Shown here piece after piece: positions 25,618-38,200 of a DNA stretch of 64,000 nt (positions are counted from its first letter, which is position 1; each line of letters opens with the position of its first letter). Position numbers and translations under genes: made by a program. The notes below the pieces were generated by a model. The model had not been told where the DNA came from. It was given only the letters and a program-made list of their open reading frames with translations, and did no database searches. The stretch spans positions 9,096,300 through 9,160,299 of the forward strand of contig CAJINV010000004.1 of the NCBI GenBank assembly GCA_905178155.1. The letters are read 5' to 3'. This DNA is from Amoebophrya sp. A120. Lineage: Eukaryota; Protista; Dinoflagellata.

Positions 25618-26837
25618 AGAAAGCAATTTTTTGGCGCAAGTTTATTCGTTGTTTTTCTTTTTTTTCGGTGAAGTTGTGTTTGCCCGAACAAAAGTTGCGC
25701 GCTCGATTTCATGTGGCGCAGTTCTTCGAAAACCCCGGAGCCCACAGGTCCGCAGCCTGTTGACAAAGCCCCGGCGTTATTTTAGGGCCGACAGATTTCC
25801 TATCGAGCGAGCCCCGGCGGAGTGGTTTGGCACAATAGGGCGGCAGTGCAAAATTTTTTTTTTTCGTTTTTCTTTTGGGATTCGTGATTTTTTTATTTCC
25901 GGGCCCATTGGGGCCCGATCCCGTTGAGAACGGCAAGAATAACGCGCGCGCGAGCAAAACTGAGCAGAGCTGCAGAGTGTTTCTTCTAGTTGAATGGTGC
26001 AAATCCATGCTGCCATCAGCATTAACATCGAACGTGATTTCGTTGGTCGTGCGTGTCTTCAAAACGCCGGCCCAAGCGATTGCGAGGTCTAAGCACGACC
26101 TTGAAAGCCCAAACGATGTCTACAAGATCTGCATAGATCCACAACACTTACGGTACGTGATAATACATCGTTGATGAGCCTGATCATTCGGTGTTTTTCT
26201 AAGGTGTTGTCCACTTTCTAAAAATTTTGCCTGCGCCAAAGATCGCTTACGCACACGACGGACACAGACGGGATCATGGCACCTGTTGATCTTTACCTCC
26301 TGACAGATCGAAATAAAAATCAATTCATCCGTGAACTACGTTGGCTCACCGATCTTGAAAGGAGCCTTGCAACTCGGTGCTCGTACGTGAGGACTAGTAT
26401 TCTTGGAGGAAAGAAGTGTGAAGTGAGCCGCAGTTGATCTTGGCGTTTATAAAATGAAAGATAAACACGACAAGGTACATGTACAGTGTGGAGGTTTGAA
26501 AAAAAGTAGAACTAGTTTTCCGAAGATTTTATATCCTCAGCACCTAAAGAACCAACGCAACGTATTATTAAACCTGCAATCTTCATCGAATACAGTTTAT
26601 TTTCCGGTCAGAGCCAGCTGCTGGCCCCCTCGAATTTAAGATTTCAAAACAAGTAGTCGTATTTCGCACCAGAACATTCAAAACAGTAGGATAACGCGTT
26701 TATCTTCTTTTCTACCGTGTGGCCTTTTTTTTTTCGAAAATGGCATTTTTTCATCCGTCCCGCCGCTCCCGCAACAGGCATCTTGTCGTTTAACCGCCCG
26801 TCATGGCGGTCCAGCAGACCATGCCCACCGCGCCGAT

Positions 26838-26988
26838 TATGAACTGCAAAAGTATCGTACTCGTATAAATGCATTACAAATTTCCTCAGCATGAGAAATA
26901 AAATTTGTAATGCTGATTTGCCTTAACAAAGGGATTTGCAATGCATGATTTCCATACGAGTACGAATACGATACTTTTGCACAGGATA
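26838..26988. mobile_element. Family-C TIR introner
   Basis: TATGAACTGCAAAAGTATCGTA...CGATACTTTTGCACAGGATA; TSD CCGAT. Confidence 0.9.
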
Positions 26989-27050
26989 CCGATCCCCCGG
27001 CGGCGAATTCATGGCAAACAGGACGACGTGTGTTGCGCCAGTTGCGACCA

Positions 27051-27305
27051 TATGGATTGCAAAAATGTCTGGGTCTGGAAACTTGTGATGCTGGGTAGCG
27101 TATCATGAAGAGGCCACAAGTGCTGGCGTAGCATGACAAGCTTTTGAGCTTCTAGGTGTTGCCTATTCTGCATGGCAACCTGTGTTTCATCTGCATGGCA
27201 GCAAAATGGGGCTCTTGGGTAACGTGCGTGACAGATTTAAGAGTCTTGCCAGACAAGCATGAGAAACATGCACTCTTCCAGACCCAGACACTTTTGCATT
27301 TGATA
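27051..27305. mobile_element. Family-A TIR introner
   Basis: TATGGATTGCAAAAATGTCTGGGTCTGGAA...CACTTTTGCATTTGATA; TSD GACCA. Confidence 0.9.
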
Positions 27306-27401
27306 GACCAGTGGACCGCCCTCCCGTCCACGGAAATGCGCGACGTGAGCACCAACAGCATTTTGCGCATCAATTTCGCCTACTGGGACCGGCACTGCTG
27401 C

Positions 27402-27663
27402 TATCAAATGTAAAAATGTCTGGATCTGGAAGAATGCAACTTGTGATGCTAACTTTGGACTCTAAAAAAATCTGTATTGCATGACCAGCAATAGGAGCCC
27501 AGTTTGTGCTACGCGGCGAGGGCATTTGTCATGCGGGATAGGCATCAGGAAGGCCTCTAAAAATATGCGATGCCAGATCATGCATTACAGACATCCTGAG
27601 TCATGTAAAATATGCATGACAAACCTGGTAACCTTCCAGACCCAGACATTTTTACATTTGATA
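27402..27663. mobile_element. Family-A TIR introner
   Basis: TATCAAATGTAAAAATGTCTGG...CATTTTTACATTTGATA; TSD GCTGC. Confidence 0.9.
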
Positions 27664-29501
27664 GCTGCACCTGCGGCCCCCACCCGGGAGTCACCGAGCA
27701 GGACCAACATTGTCCAGAGGAGGTGATTCAAGCCGCCATTGTGAACTGCGGGGGGAATAAAGTGGTTGAGTTGAAAGAAGAAGTAAAGAAATCTGAGGAC
27801 TCATCTTCCGGCGACTCAACCTGCTCAAGTGACACGGAGGACGAGGACCATCACGATGTCGAAGTTGTTCTTTCGTCGTCCGGGCGCGTGGTCGATATCA
27901 GGGAAGAACTGATTGCAATCTAGGACGAATTTCTCGGCCCCGATGGAAAGCTCCTCCACGACGTGCAGGAAAAGCACCTTTCTACCGGCGCCTGTTGCAT
28001 GTGCCCGCTTGTGCAATTATACGCCCTGCTGTTGTGTTTCACTTGCTGCCTGGCCTGGCGGATCCGGGCAAACAAGGTAAAGCAATGGGATAAAGACCTA
28101 CGGAAGTGGCAATTCGATTTCAACCAGGCGCTTGCCCCGTTCGGCCTGTTCGCGAAGACCCAAACCTTCGCCTGGATGACACTTTACACAGACGGCGACG
28201 GCCAGTTGCAAAGGGGACGGATTACCAGGCGCTGGATTGCATTGGCCTTAACCCCGGAGCAGAGTCAGAGGCTGGCAATGGAGCCGCACATCAGTGGGGA
28301 CGTGGCAATTGGCACCTGGTGTAGCGGGTTGAATGAATTGGAGCTCTGTATGCACCCGCCACAGGGGATGTATTGCTGAGCTCGTCAATAGAATTTTTTG
28401 CGTCAGCCCCTTCAGAGAATATCCGGGCGGGAAGATTTATCATGTATGATTTGTTTACTGCCTCGCTATCGCTTTCGAGCCCTCCTCGTCGAGCGGTCAA
28501 TCAAAATTTTCAAAATCATAACTATGTTGGGCAAAATTCAATAGCGGGTAGGTGCCCGTGCCACTACAAGTATAGAATTTAGAACGAAGAACAGTTGTTG
28601 TACAGATGTGGAGGATGACGTGTACAGCATTGGATGTGGGTTTCTTGGTACAACCATCGACGTCTGCTACTAAGTACGACGTAGTTGTGCGTATGCCTTC
28701 TATGTGGAAAAAGAGGCTAGCAGAGCCATCTACGATAGCAAGGAGATTTTCGAGAACTTGTGAAACTCCCAGTCTTTTGTGCATGAAGATTGTTCTAGTT
28801 CCGCACGACCCAGCGGATCATGTTGCTTGCTCCAAAGGCACCAGTTGGCAGCTCGACAGGAGTTAGTATGATGAAGATGATCTTTCCGATACACGTCGAT
28901 CAAGATCACTTTATTTCTCGCAGATCGACGATGAGCTCAAGCCGATGACATCATTAGCTCGACGAACGTTTCTTTGAGGAAGAAAGGATGACTATCTATC
29001 AACGAAGCGGGAGGACACATGATCTTAAAAATCTGTGGCGCTACAAAACTCCTTAACAAGACAGTGCCGGTAGTTGACCCGACTTCATAAGTGTTTTTTG
29101 GTCGAGAGAGAGGGAAATTGCAGTATTTTTTTCGCCAAGTAAGAACTACTTTAAGCCTAAGCAAGCCGAAACTCTACGTCCTGCTCCTGTCCATCTTTTC
29201 AGGCACATCTTATTCGCTGTAGAAGTAACTTGTCCAATATGCCCAACATGACCAGGACGATGGTGCCCGAGGACGCACGCCGCGAGCAGGAGGCGGCAAA
29301 TGCCGGGAAAAAGATCAAGGAAAGCTACAACGGGGACGGGTACTAGGACGACTTTGCTTTTTGCTACGGCTACATATTTATGCAATACAAATTTAGCCAT
29401 AGCCTCTATGACTGGACGTACAAAATGCATGATACAACTGAACTGAAAAAAATAAATGATTTCCAACTACCGTTCATAATCAAATTCAACCCAGCACGAC
29501 C

Positions 29502-30425
29502 GTGTCCGGCGAATACCACGTGCCTGATGACGAAAAAACCGGCAGCGGTGGTTATTCCATCTCTCCGAACACGTATCCGATTCTGGTCCAGCCGCCCATT
29601 ATTGCGGTCCAGCAGACTATCCCGACGGCGCCCATCCCCCGCCCGAAAATTCATGGAAAAGAGGACGACGTCTGCTGTGCTTGCGTGGATCACTGCACGG
29701 CAGTCCCTTCGACCGAGACGCGGGATATAAGCACCAACAGCATTTTGCGCATCAATTTTACCTACTGGGACCGGCACTGGTGCACCTGCGGCCCGCACCC
29801 GGGCGTCGCGGAGCAGGATCAGCGCTGCCCGGAGGAGGTCATTCAAGCGGCGATTGTGAACTGCGGGGGGAAGCCGGTGATCGAGTTGAAAGGGAACGCT
29901 GGAAACCACAACCAGCCCGGACGGCTGATTGACGTGCGAAAGGAGTTGTCGCAGATTTGGCACGCCTTTTTGGGACCCGAAGGGAATCTGTACCGCCATG
30001 TGCAGCAGAAGCATTTGGACACCGGCACGGTCTGCATGTTCCCGATTGTCTTTCTCTACACACTCCTGCTGGTTCTCACCTGCGGCTTGTGTTGCCAGTC
30101 GTGCAAGATTAAAAACAAACGGGTAAAAGCGTGGGATCAGGACTTACGGAAGTGGCAGCTGGAATTCAATAAAGCCATTTCCCCCTTTGGGCTCTTCGTG
30201 AAGACCCAAACCCACTGCTGGGTGACCATCTCCTATGACGGTGATGGCCGGCCGCAGAAAAACCGCCATTTTCGCCGTTGGATCGCGTTGGCGTTGACCC
30301 CGGAGCAGAGCGCGCTGCTGGCGGGGGAACCCCACATCAGCGGGGACGTAGAGGTGGATTTGTGTTGCGGTGGGGTCAACGAACTAGCGCTGAGTATGCA
30401 CCCGCCCAATGGAATGCTGTTCTGA
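29502..30425 (+). CDS. Cys-rich family protein, intronless full-length paralog (307 aa, one hydrophobic segment)
   Basis: Uninterrupted ORF serving as reference for the spliced paralogs; begins at GTG with no upstream in-frame ATG. Confidence 0.75.
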   Translation: MSGEYHVPDDEKTGSGGYSISPNTYPILVQPPIIAVQQTIPTAPIPRPKIHGKEDDVCCACVDHCTAVPSTETRDISTNSILRINFTYWDRHWCTCGPHPGVAEQDQRCPEEVIQAAIVNCGGKPVIELKGNAGNHNQPGRLIDVRKELSQIWHAFLGPEGNLYRHVQQKHLDTGTVCMFPIVFLYTLLLVLTCGLCCQSCKIKNKRVKAWDQDLRKWQLEFNKAISPFGLFVKTQTHCWVTISYDGDGRPQKNRHFRRWIALALTPEQSALLAGEPHISGDVEVDLCCGGVNELALSMHPPNGMLF

Positions 30426-31708
30426 GTTCTCCTTTGGGGATGGGGAGTGAATAAAGCCGAAAAATAACAAGAATACCGGAATGCAGTATGAAAATGAATA
30501 AAATTGAGCAGAAGTGCATAAGCATGATAGGCACATACTACGATTAGAATAGTACGCGTTGCCATGATACATCATAGCCATCTCGTTTTTTCTTGTGGAA
30601 AATGAACTACCGTGGACAATTTTTTGGCATTGAATACAAACAGGGATCGATACATATAATTTCTTTTCCGCAGACAACTCTACTGTTGCGAGCAGTTTTC
30701 TGGTTTTCTTCGAAAACATCGCTTCTAGTCTGTGCGAACCATTTAGATATTCGCACTCGTTCTCACTTGATAGCTCTACCTTTTCTTGTTGTATGAATGA
30801 ATTGCGCAGATGAACACAAGCTACACACAAAAACCACAATAACAATATAAATAGAAGCCGCACTCCAATTGTTTCGCAAGGCACATAATTCTTTCGTTTC
30901 TCTTTAATGTCGTCAACAAGTAATTCTGCTTTTGTACTTGGATTTGTTTCACTTACTTTTGGGAATTTCTGTGCCTGAGGAGACGTTTTTTCAGGTTGCA
31001 TGATCCCGAAATTGTACGAAAAGAAGCAGACGCAAAGCGCACTGGTTGATGTTGAATCAAGAAAAGCTGCGAATGACAATGAACAAAAGGAAAAGTGCTA
31101 CGGTTATTTCACCTTGGTTTCGCTGCAGAGATGAGAAGCAACATTTGTCCGCTTTCGTTTGATCCTGAAGCCAAGAACAAGCTGCTCGAGGATAATGCAG
31201 ATCGGGAACAAGCCTGAGGCAAGTCCATAGACAGATGAAGATACTACACCTCGTAGAACATAACGACGACGAGCAAAAGATCAAAGACGAGCCACAACGT
31301 GAAAAAGGTCTAGTAGGATGGTATATTGTGACAGTTACTGGCAAGTAAGAAGCCCGTTCGTTGCGAGCCGCCTTTTGTCCACTACCACTTATCGTGTATC
31401 GCAGTCGTGTGTTGCAAAAACAAAAAAAGATCTACGTAGCCTCTAGTAGTGGCATATTGTCGTGACGGTGAAGATGAAGATCTAGTGTTAATGTATAACT
31501 CGTCATCAAAAAGAACAAGGAGAACAACAGCAACAAGGTCAACCGATTTCTATAAGAACTTCTGGTAGTTCGGTGACACAAAAACAATCGAACGCACATA
31601 TTTGGCGCTCAATTCATTGTCGTGTCATCTGGTCGACGCGTCCTCTCCTGTCGTCGTGAACATTGAAGACTACAGCGGAGCCTCTGGTGTTTTGACGTAC
31701 TAGATAAA
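30426..31708 (+). repeat. 3' flank shared (diverged) with 5030-6316 and 12586-13872
   Basis: Colinear similarity. Confidence 0.85.
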
Positions 31709-32272
31709 CTTATATTTACGGCGTCGTCTTCGTTGTAAGAACTTTTAGAAAATCGTAATTCTGTTGTAGTTTCATCGCGAAGTAAGTGTATAGTGTAAAG
31801 TTCAAGTAAGAGGTAAACGCAAAAATCGCCAATATTTCATATTGCACGCCTATTTTTGTTCTTTCAGAAAAGTTTTAATCGTCCTCTGATAGTTCTCCTC
31901 AGTGTAAAGACAAAGACAACGTCTACTGCTCCTCGAGCAAAAAAAAATCACCTGAAGGCGGGACAGCCACTTCTACTACGTGATATAAAAATCGTCCCTG
32001 GCACGATCTACAATTTTCGATTTCGAATCTTCTTGTTCCAAACAAAAAATGCCACGCGTTTTCGGCGCTTCTTTCATGGGACCGCGGGGCAACGGTGGAA
32101 AGCGGCGTCACCACCGACGGGGCGGCGGTGTGGGAAATCGAATTCGCACGACGAGAAATTTGTCGCCCGACGAAAATTTGCTGTCGGGGTGGTTTGGCAT
32201 GTTGTTGCGTCACGGAGAAGACGCCGGGGAACCAGGTGGGGGGGACAAACACATTTTGGGAACGCCGCTTGA

Positions 32273-32437
32273 TTTGCATTGCAACAGCATCGCGCTAATA
32301 TATATAAATTGCATTACAAGCTTCTGACTTAGCATTGCAAATTGTTTTGGTAATGCGGATGCGTGAACAAGAAAAAGATTTGCTATGCATGTAAAGCAAT
32401 TAGTATAAGTACGAGTGCGATGCTTTTGCGCTACATA
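32273..32437. mobile_element. Degenerate family-C element
   Basis: TTTGCATTGCAACAGCATCGC...GTGCGATGCTTTTGCGCTACATA; TSD CTTGA/CTGGA; removal joins ..WERRL to EELRQF.. Confidence 0.65.
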
Positions 32438-33509
32438 CTGGAGGAACTGCGGCAATTCGCTCCGTCCGGGTTCGTGCCGTGGGAAAAGTTTCTCTATCAC
32501 AGTGACAAAAGTCCTTGGCTCGGTGCCAGAGCGACGCACTATAATGCGCATGGTGCGCTAGCCGTGCTTGATGTTGATTTATTTTTTTAGCCTTCCTCAT
32601 CCTCGTCTACACTTCTGACGGAGATTCTGTAGTCGTAGATTGTAATTGGTATGTCAGGGCGAACATGCGCGCCCATGATTGTGTTATCTTGTCTTCCAGA
32701 TACAGAGCGGAGGACTGTTTTCAATGTGATAGTGTTATGCCTGCTTTCCTGAAGAAACACCCGATCCACAACGATGCCGGCGAGCGGAGACCGTGCAGCA
32801 TCAAGGCGCTGTGCAAGTACAGCATCAATGGTAACGAAGTAGAGCTTGGTCTGCCAGGTCTGCAATTCTTGCGTCATTTTGCTGCGTCTATTCAGGAGCG
32901 ACCTCGTAGGGTCATAATCATGTGTGGTAATGCACTTCCTCCGGATGGTGCGGCTCGCGATGGCTTGATAGTGGCAACTAAAAAATGAATAGAAAAACAA
33001 AATTCAAAAAAGGTGATGGGGAGCACCGCTTCGAGTATTTCAAGAGCAAAAACCCGGGAACGAAGCTGCAGCACTACGTGCGAGCCATATGGTCGGCAAA
33101 AGTATCGGGCACATGCGCATGCAGAAAAATTCAGTGCGGTTTTTCTCCTTGCATGAACAGAATTACACTGGGATATTTGTATTTCAGGACATGGACAGCA
33201 TTCATAGAACCACCAAAGTGACAATTGCAGTGTTTCTTGCATTGTGATTGTTTTGCATCCGATCGGTGCTTTTGCGCTGCATAAACCAGGACCAACAATG
33301 ATTGGGCGGTATTGCAGCTGGAGGAGCCCGAGGAGGAGTACTGGGAAGGAAAATACAAGTAAGTAAGGATGTATTTCTAGTAGTGTTCATGTTCTTTTGT
33401 GTAGTGGGGGCTCGTGGCTAATTCCGCAATGCTGAGTCCTCTCATCTCGGTACAGCCTCTAGTCTAGACTCGAAAAAAGATCTATCCTCCGCTTGTGGTC
33501 TTAGGCAAT

Positions 33510-33620
33510 AAAAATAAAATTTGAAAATTTTGCGGTTTTGAGTCTGTCATAAAAATGAAATTTTGGAATTTCGCGGTTTTGAATCAGTCATAAAAATAAA
33601 ATTTTGGAATTTCGCGGATT
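33510..33620. repeat. ~41-bp AT-rich tandem repeat, ~3 copies, with a further partial copy near 33732
   Basis: Unit AAAATGAAATTTTGGAATTTCGCGGTTTTGA.. Confidence 0.75.
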
Positions 33621-33856
33621 TCTGCTGCCTTCTTTCTTTTTGATGCATTGTCTTGCTGACCGCTTGCCTGTGCTTGTGCATGATTCGGCAAGATACTCTT
33701 GTTGCCCGCTTTTTCTACTTCTGCCTTACCAATAAAAATGAAATTTTGAATTTTCGCGGATGCTTTCCCTTTCTTGCCCTCAAGACCCGACCCGTATTCT
33801 ATCTTCACTTTCATATACAGATACAAAACACTAACATTCACGACAGAGAGTTGAAG

Positions 33857-34333
33857 ATGCAGAAGCACGAAGATCAGCAGCTCGGCTCCAACAACAATGA
33901 CGGTGGTCCGGATGCTGGAAGCGGCTCGGGCGGTAACGGTGAGGGGGATGATGATGGCGGGGACCACAACAATGATCCGAATCACGAAGGCTCCATGGAC
34001 GACGAGGACCACGATGGTATGGTCGACCCAGATCAGTTTGTGCACAACGATCGCGACGACTCGCCCACCTTGGATCACGATGGCAAGATGAACCGCCTGG
34101 CGGGCAGTGAGGGTCATGGCCGCGAAGTTGTGGATCATTATTCACCCTCGCACAACCCCTTTGCCAGGCAGAATAACAGTGTCCCCATGGGTCACGGTAA
34201 CGTCAACATGTCGGGTTCGTCTTCTCGCGGTCGTGCAAATCGAAGCCGAGATCAGGGACGCCAGCAGCCCCAGCGGACCAACTTGTATTTTGTTTTTGAT
34301 TTTCATTTTTATATTTTTTTCGGATTTTTTTGA
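33857..34333 (+). CDS. Low-complexity D/G/H/N-rich hypothetical protein or fragment
   Basis: ORF MQKHEDQQLGSNNND..; partial duplicate at 14051. Confidence 0.35.
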   Translation: MQKHEDQQLGSNNNDGGPDAGSGSGGNGEGDDDGGDHNNDPNHEGSMDDEDHDGMVDPDQFVHNDRDDSPTLDHDGKMNRLAGSEGHGREVVDHYSPSHNPFARQNNSVPMGHGNVNMSGSSSRGRANRSRDQGRQQPQRTNLYFVFDFHFYIFFGFF

Positions 34334-35240
34334 TGCATTCGCTTTGTTCGCCGTCGTGTAGAAGTGCAGTGGTTGAGGATAAGAACGGAGTCGTCTTACG
34401 GCTGTGTCTCGCGATTTGGAAAAATAAAAATGAAACGATCAATCCGCAGCTTCATCGACCATCCCGTGACGAAAGCGACTGGTGCGAACGAAACACCGCT
34501 AGGGCCAAAGCGATTCTAATCCGAAGAGCAATCGTTTTGGGAGTGAAACAAGGCTCAGTCAATGGATACTACTCACCGTTTTTACGTTACGGCTAGGGGA
34601 GGTTACGCGGGTAACCACAGCAATTCTACAGTCGTTGTACCTTCCAGCAAAGGTCCTTGCTATCCAGAAGTTTTTGTAAATGCGGTCCTAGAATAATGAA
34701 AAACATCAATTTTGATAATTTCATCAGAAAGTACACTTATGATATGTCACTCTTTCGAAACGCACGACAGCTATCCAAATTTTACGCACGAGTACTCAAA
34801 CCCATTCATTTCCACTTTTTGTTTTTACATGAACTACGACTGAAGAAAAAAACGAAACAAGTTCCTTCTTCAGAACAGCCTGTTGGGAAATGACGCCGGC
34901 AGCATAAAACCTACCTACGCTTGCGTCCGGGTCCCCGTCTGTTTCTGTTGTTTAGCCCTTAAATGCCGCCGGCTCCCGCTGCTCTATTTTCCTTGATGTC
35001 GGTTTTCATCGCCTGTGTATGTTGCGCAAGAGAAAAAAATCGAATTATTGCGATGCTCAATTACTAATTGTTACTGTCCCGAAACTACATAGTGCGTCCT
35101 TCTGCAAAATGTACCCCCAAATTGCCCTGACTCCGCTTGTCTCGGTTATGGCTTCTTTTCTGTTTTGAGTCACACCCTCGGTCGCTTTGGTTTTGATTTG
35201 TCATTCTTTTAGCTCTGAATCAATTCGCTTTTATATCAAA

Positions 35241-38200
35241 ATGGTCTCTTCCTCGTCTACGTCTGTGATGCGCAGCTGCATGCAGCTGCACCTGCAGCTA
35301 TTTGCCTCATCGTGTGCCTGTTTTCGTTTCGTCCTTTTGCTCAAGGTTTTGCTGCTTCTCGCAGTTTATCCAGCACTCGGTGCAAGCCCGACGCAGGCGC
35401 CGAGAACAAGCTCCTACATGCTGCGCGACCTGCACATGAAGCATTGGCGATGGTACCAAAATTTGAAGGACATGCTCCAGGAATTGGGAAACCCGGAAGC
35501 CTCGTCTGAGAAACGGTATACTTTTCCGGACGATGTGGCGTTTTCGTCAACGTCAGTGCCATCTTCTGTTCCCACAGAAGCGGCGTCAGGTACTACAAGA
35601 ACTGCCGTCGAGGTTGCACCGGATGGCGAGAACACCCCAGGAGCGTCCTCTTCACTACAGACTTCTGGCACCACCACGCTAAACGTCGACCCACGCGTTC
35701 TCGAACTTGTTGACACGCAGCAAAAAAGGACGGCTTTAAGAAACCCTAGTACGGTGGGGGGCCACCACCAAATCTTCACTCAGCCCTTCACCCAACGTCC
35801 ACCCCTTTACGACAAGCAAGGCAGGATACCCCGCCCCCTGACTGGGCTCCCCGGCTCCGCCCGACACGCGTGGGAAGAAGAGCGACAAATTTGGGGGGAG
35901 CTTTCCCGGGTCGAGATCGTGGAGCTGCCAGAGGAGTGCTACGCGGAAAATTCGCCGGAACACCCGTCTTTCTTTCTGTTCTACGGGTCGGCGAGGCGGG
36001 AATCCGTGCAGGGGGGGACGTTTCCGGCGCACTGGCTGACGAACACGTTTCAGGAATCGTGGTTGCACGGGTACAATTACCACTTAAAGGAGGGCTACGA
36101 TGTCTACGACCATTTGGAAAGCACGGCGGAGCTGATTTACCAGCAGAACAAGACTACAGGTGGACAACCACCCGGCGCTCCACCAGCAGGTGTACAACCC
36201 GGAAGTGGAGGACCACCGCAAGGTACTACGAGTACTGCGCAATTCATTCACACCTCGGTTTCGGGAACCGGAGCGCTGAAGAGCCAAGGAGCTCCTGTAG
36301 CTGCTACGGCAGGAGCAACAGACAGTGCTGGTACAAGCAACACAGATTTGGCTACCACGCAAGAAGGCAACGATAAAAATACTGTGTCGATAGACGGCGC
36401 CGCGAGCTCGACGAATACTTCCACCGCCACGCCCGACGCTCCCCTGCCCGCCGGCGTGGGGAAGATTATGCACAACCCAATAAATTTCTTCGTCTCTGCG
36501 TATGACGAACAAGATGCCCAGTACCAAGAATTCTTTTTCCGCGCGGAGGACCGGACAAACGCCGTCGGGCTCGGCAAACACACAGACCGGTGGGCGCCGA
36601 GAGAGTTGGTTGCGCGGCTGGAGCAGAGAAGGCGGGAGCTGCAGGAGATTGTTAATGGTGGAAGTGCTCCTGGTCCTGACACGGCAACTTCTAGAGGAGA
36701 GGAAGCTCCTTTCATCCGACAGATCAAAGCGTTGCGGGAGGAGGAGAGCACCATATCCCAGTTTGAAACGCAGTATTACAAACATCTCTTCGATAGTACT
36801 GCCGCAAAAGAGCAACAGGAACAGCTATTAAAGGAACAACAGGAGCAAGCGACAGCCGTCGCAGCAGCGGAACTAGCAACTGCTGATGGAGGTAATTCCA
36901 CTAACGGTAAAAACGCCACCCACCCCCTCGCCGGTGTCGATGTGTCCCCTCGCGGCGCCGCTGTGATCGCAGAATCGTACAAGGCGCAGTCGGGGCAGGA
37001 CCCGATAATTCTCCGGCGCATGGGCTACATCCGGAACATTTACAGGGGGGCAATCTACCAGAAATTCTCCAGAAATTTGACCCAAATCGCGCAGGAGTTT
37101 CACGAGTCCTTGGCGGACTTGGTACTGGATGAAGAGGAGAAGGCACAGCTTGAAGCGGCAAAAGCAAGTGGTGAAGATGGCACGGACACCACGACAGCCG
37201 CAGCAGCAACTGCTGCTAGTACATCAAGCACACCAGCAGCTGCCGCTCCGGCTCTAGCTACAACTCAAGCCACCACCACGACATCCTCGAAGCCCCTCGA
37301 GCCCCTCGACAACGGCGGCATCGAGCTGTTTCCGCAGAGAGAGTGCATGGGCTTGGCCTACATCATTTCCCGCTTGATTGAGGAGGAGTACGCTCTACTT
37401 GGCTACATCACCGCGGTCTCCAGCGGGCAGTTGAGAGAAACTCTGGTGAAAAAATCCCTGGAAAAGCGGTTTAAATTGCAAATTGGGAAATGGCTGCGGA
37501 TCATATTGGACGACGTTGCTTTTGATACACATCTATTCGGATTTTTCGACACGAAAATGCGGAGATTAGAGATGGAGAATAGAAAGAGTGGAACACCAAC
37601 AACTTCCACTGCTGGTTCATCGGGCCGAAGCCTTTCCTTCAACGACAAAGTTTTTTCCCGCCAAACGACCGTCGAGCCCGATCGCATGTCCCACCGGGAT
37701 AGGATTTTGGAGAGGTCCAGGTTCACCGACACGCTCGAGCAGGTTCTGGACATATCAACTAGTAAAATGTCTGGGTCTGGAACAAAGCAACTTGTCATGC
37801 TTAATCTGAACCATGTAAAAATCTGTGTTGCATGATTACCAAAAGCTGTCCACTTTTGACCTAATCAAGAGGCAGCTTCTCATGCAGGATAGGTATGATA
37901 CAACTCGTCTCACAGAATCTGTCATGCTATGTGCTACATACCAGACCTCATGGGTCATGGAAAACCTGCATGACAAGTCTGGCATTCTTCCAGACCCAGA
38001 CATTTTTACATTTGATAGGACATCAAGAAGGACGAATTGGATAGCGAAGACGAGGGAGATGAGGATCCAGTAGGACAAGATAATTCGGCATCAGGAACTA
38101 CAACTGTTGACGACACCGCTCTCCAATCCTCCCTCCGTCCCCGGGATTTACTAACCCCAAAGTTCCGATACAACTACCTGCCAAAGTATGTCCAGAAAAA

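Larger units (their letters stand above)
26740..28379 (+). pseudogene. Cys-rich family paralog with 3 introners and two in-frame stops
   Basis: Colinear with 29502-30425; TAA at 26791 (Q in paralogs) and TAG at 27921 (W in paralogs). Confidence 0.75.

Noticed and set aside
26791-27923. Stop-codon reassignment (TAA at a Gln position), as reported for one Amoebophrya lineage
   Set aside because: The second stop (TAG) is at a Trp position, multi-kb ORFs contain no in-frame stops, and genes end in TAA/TAG/TGA. Point mutations in a pseudogene fit better.
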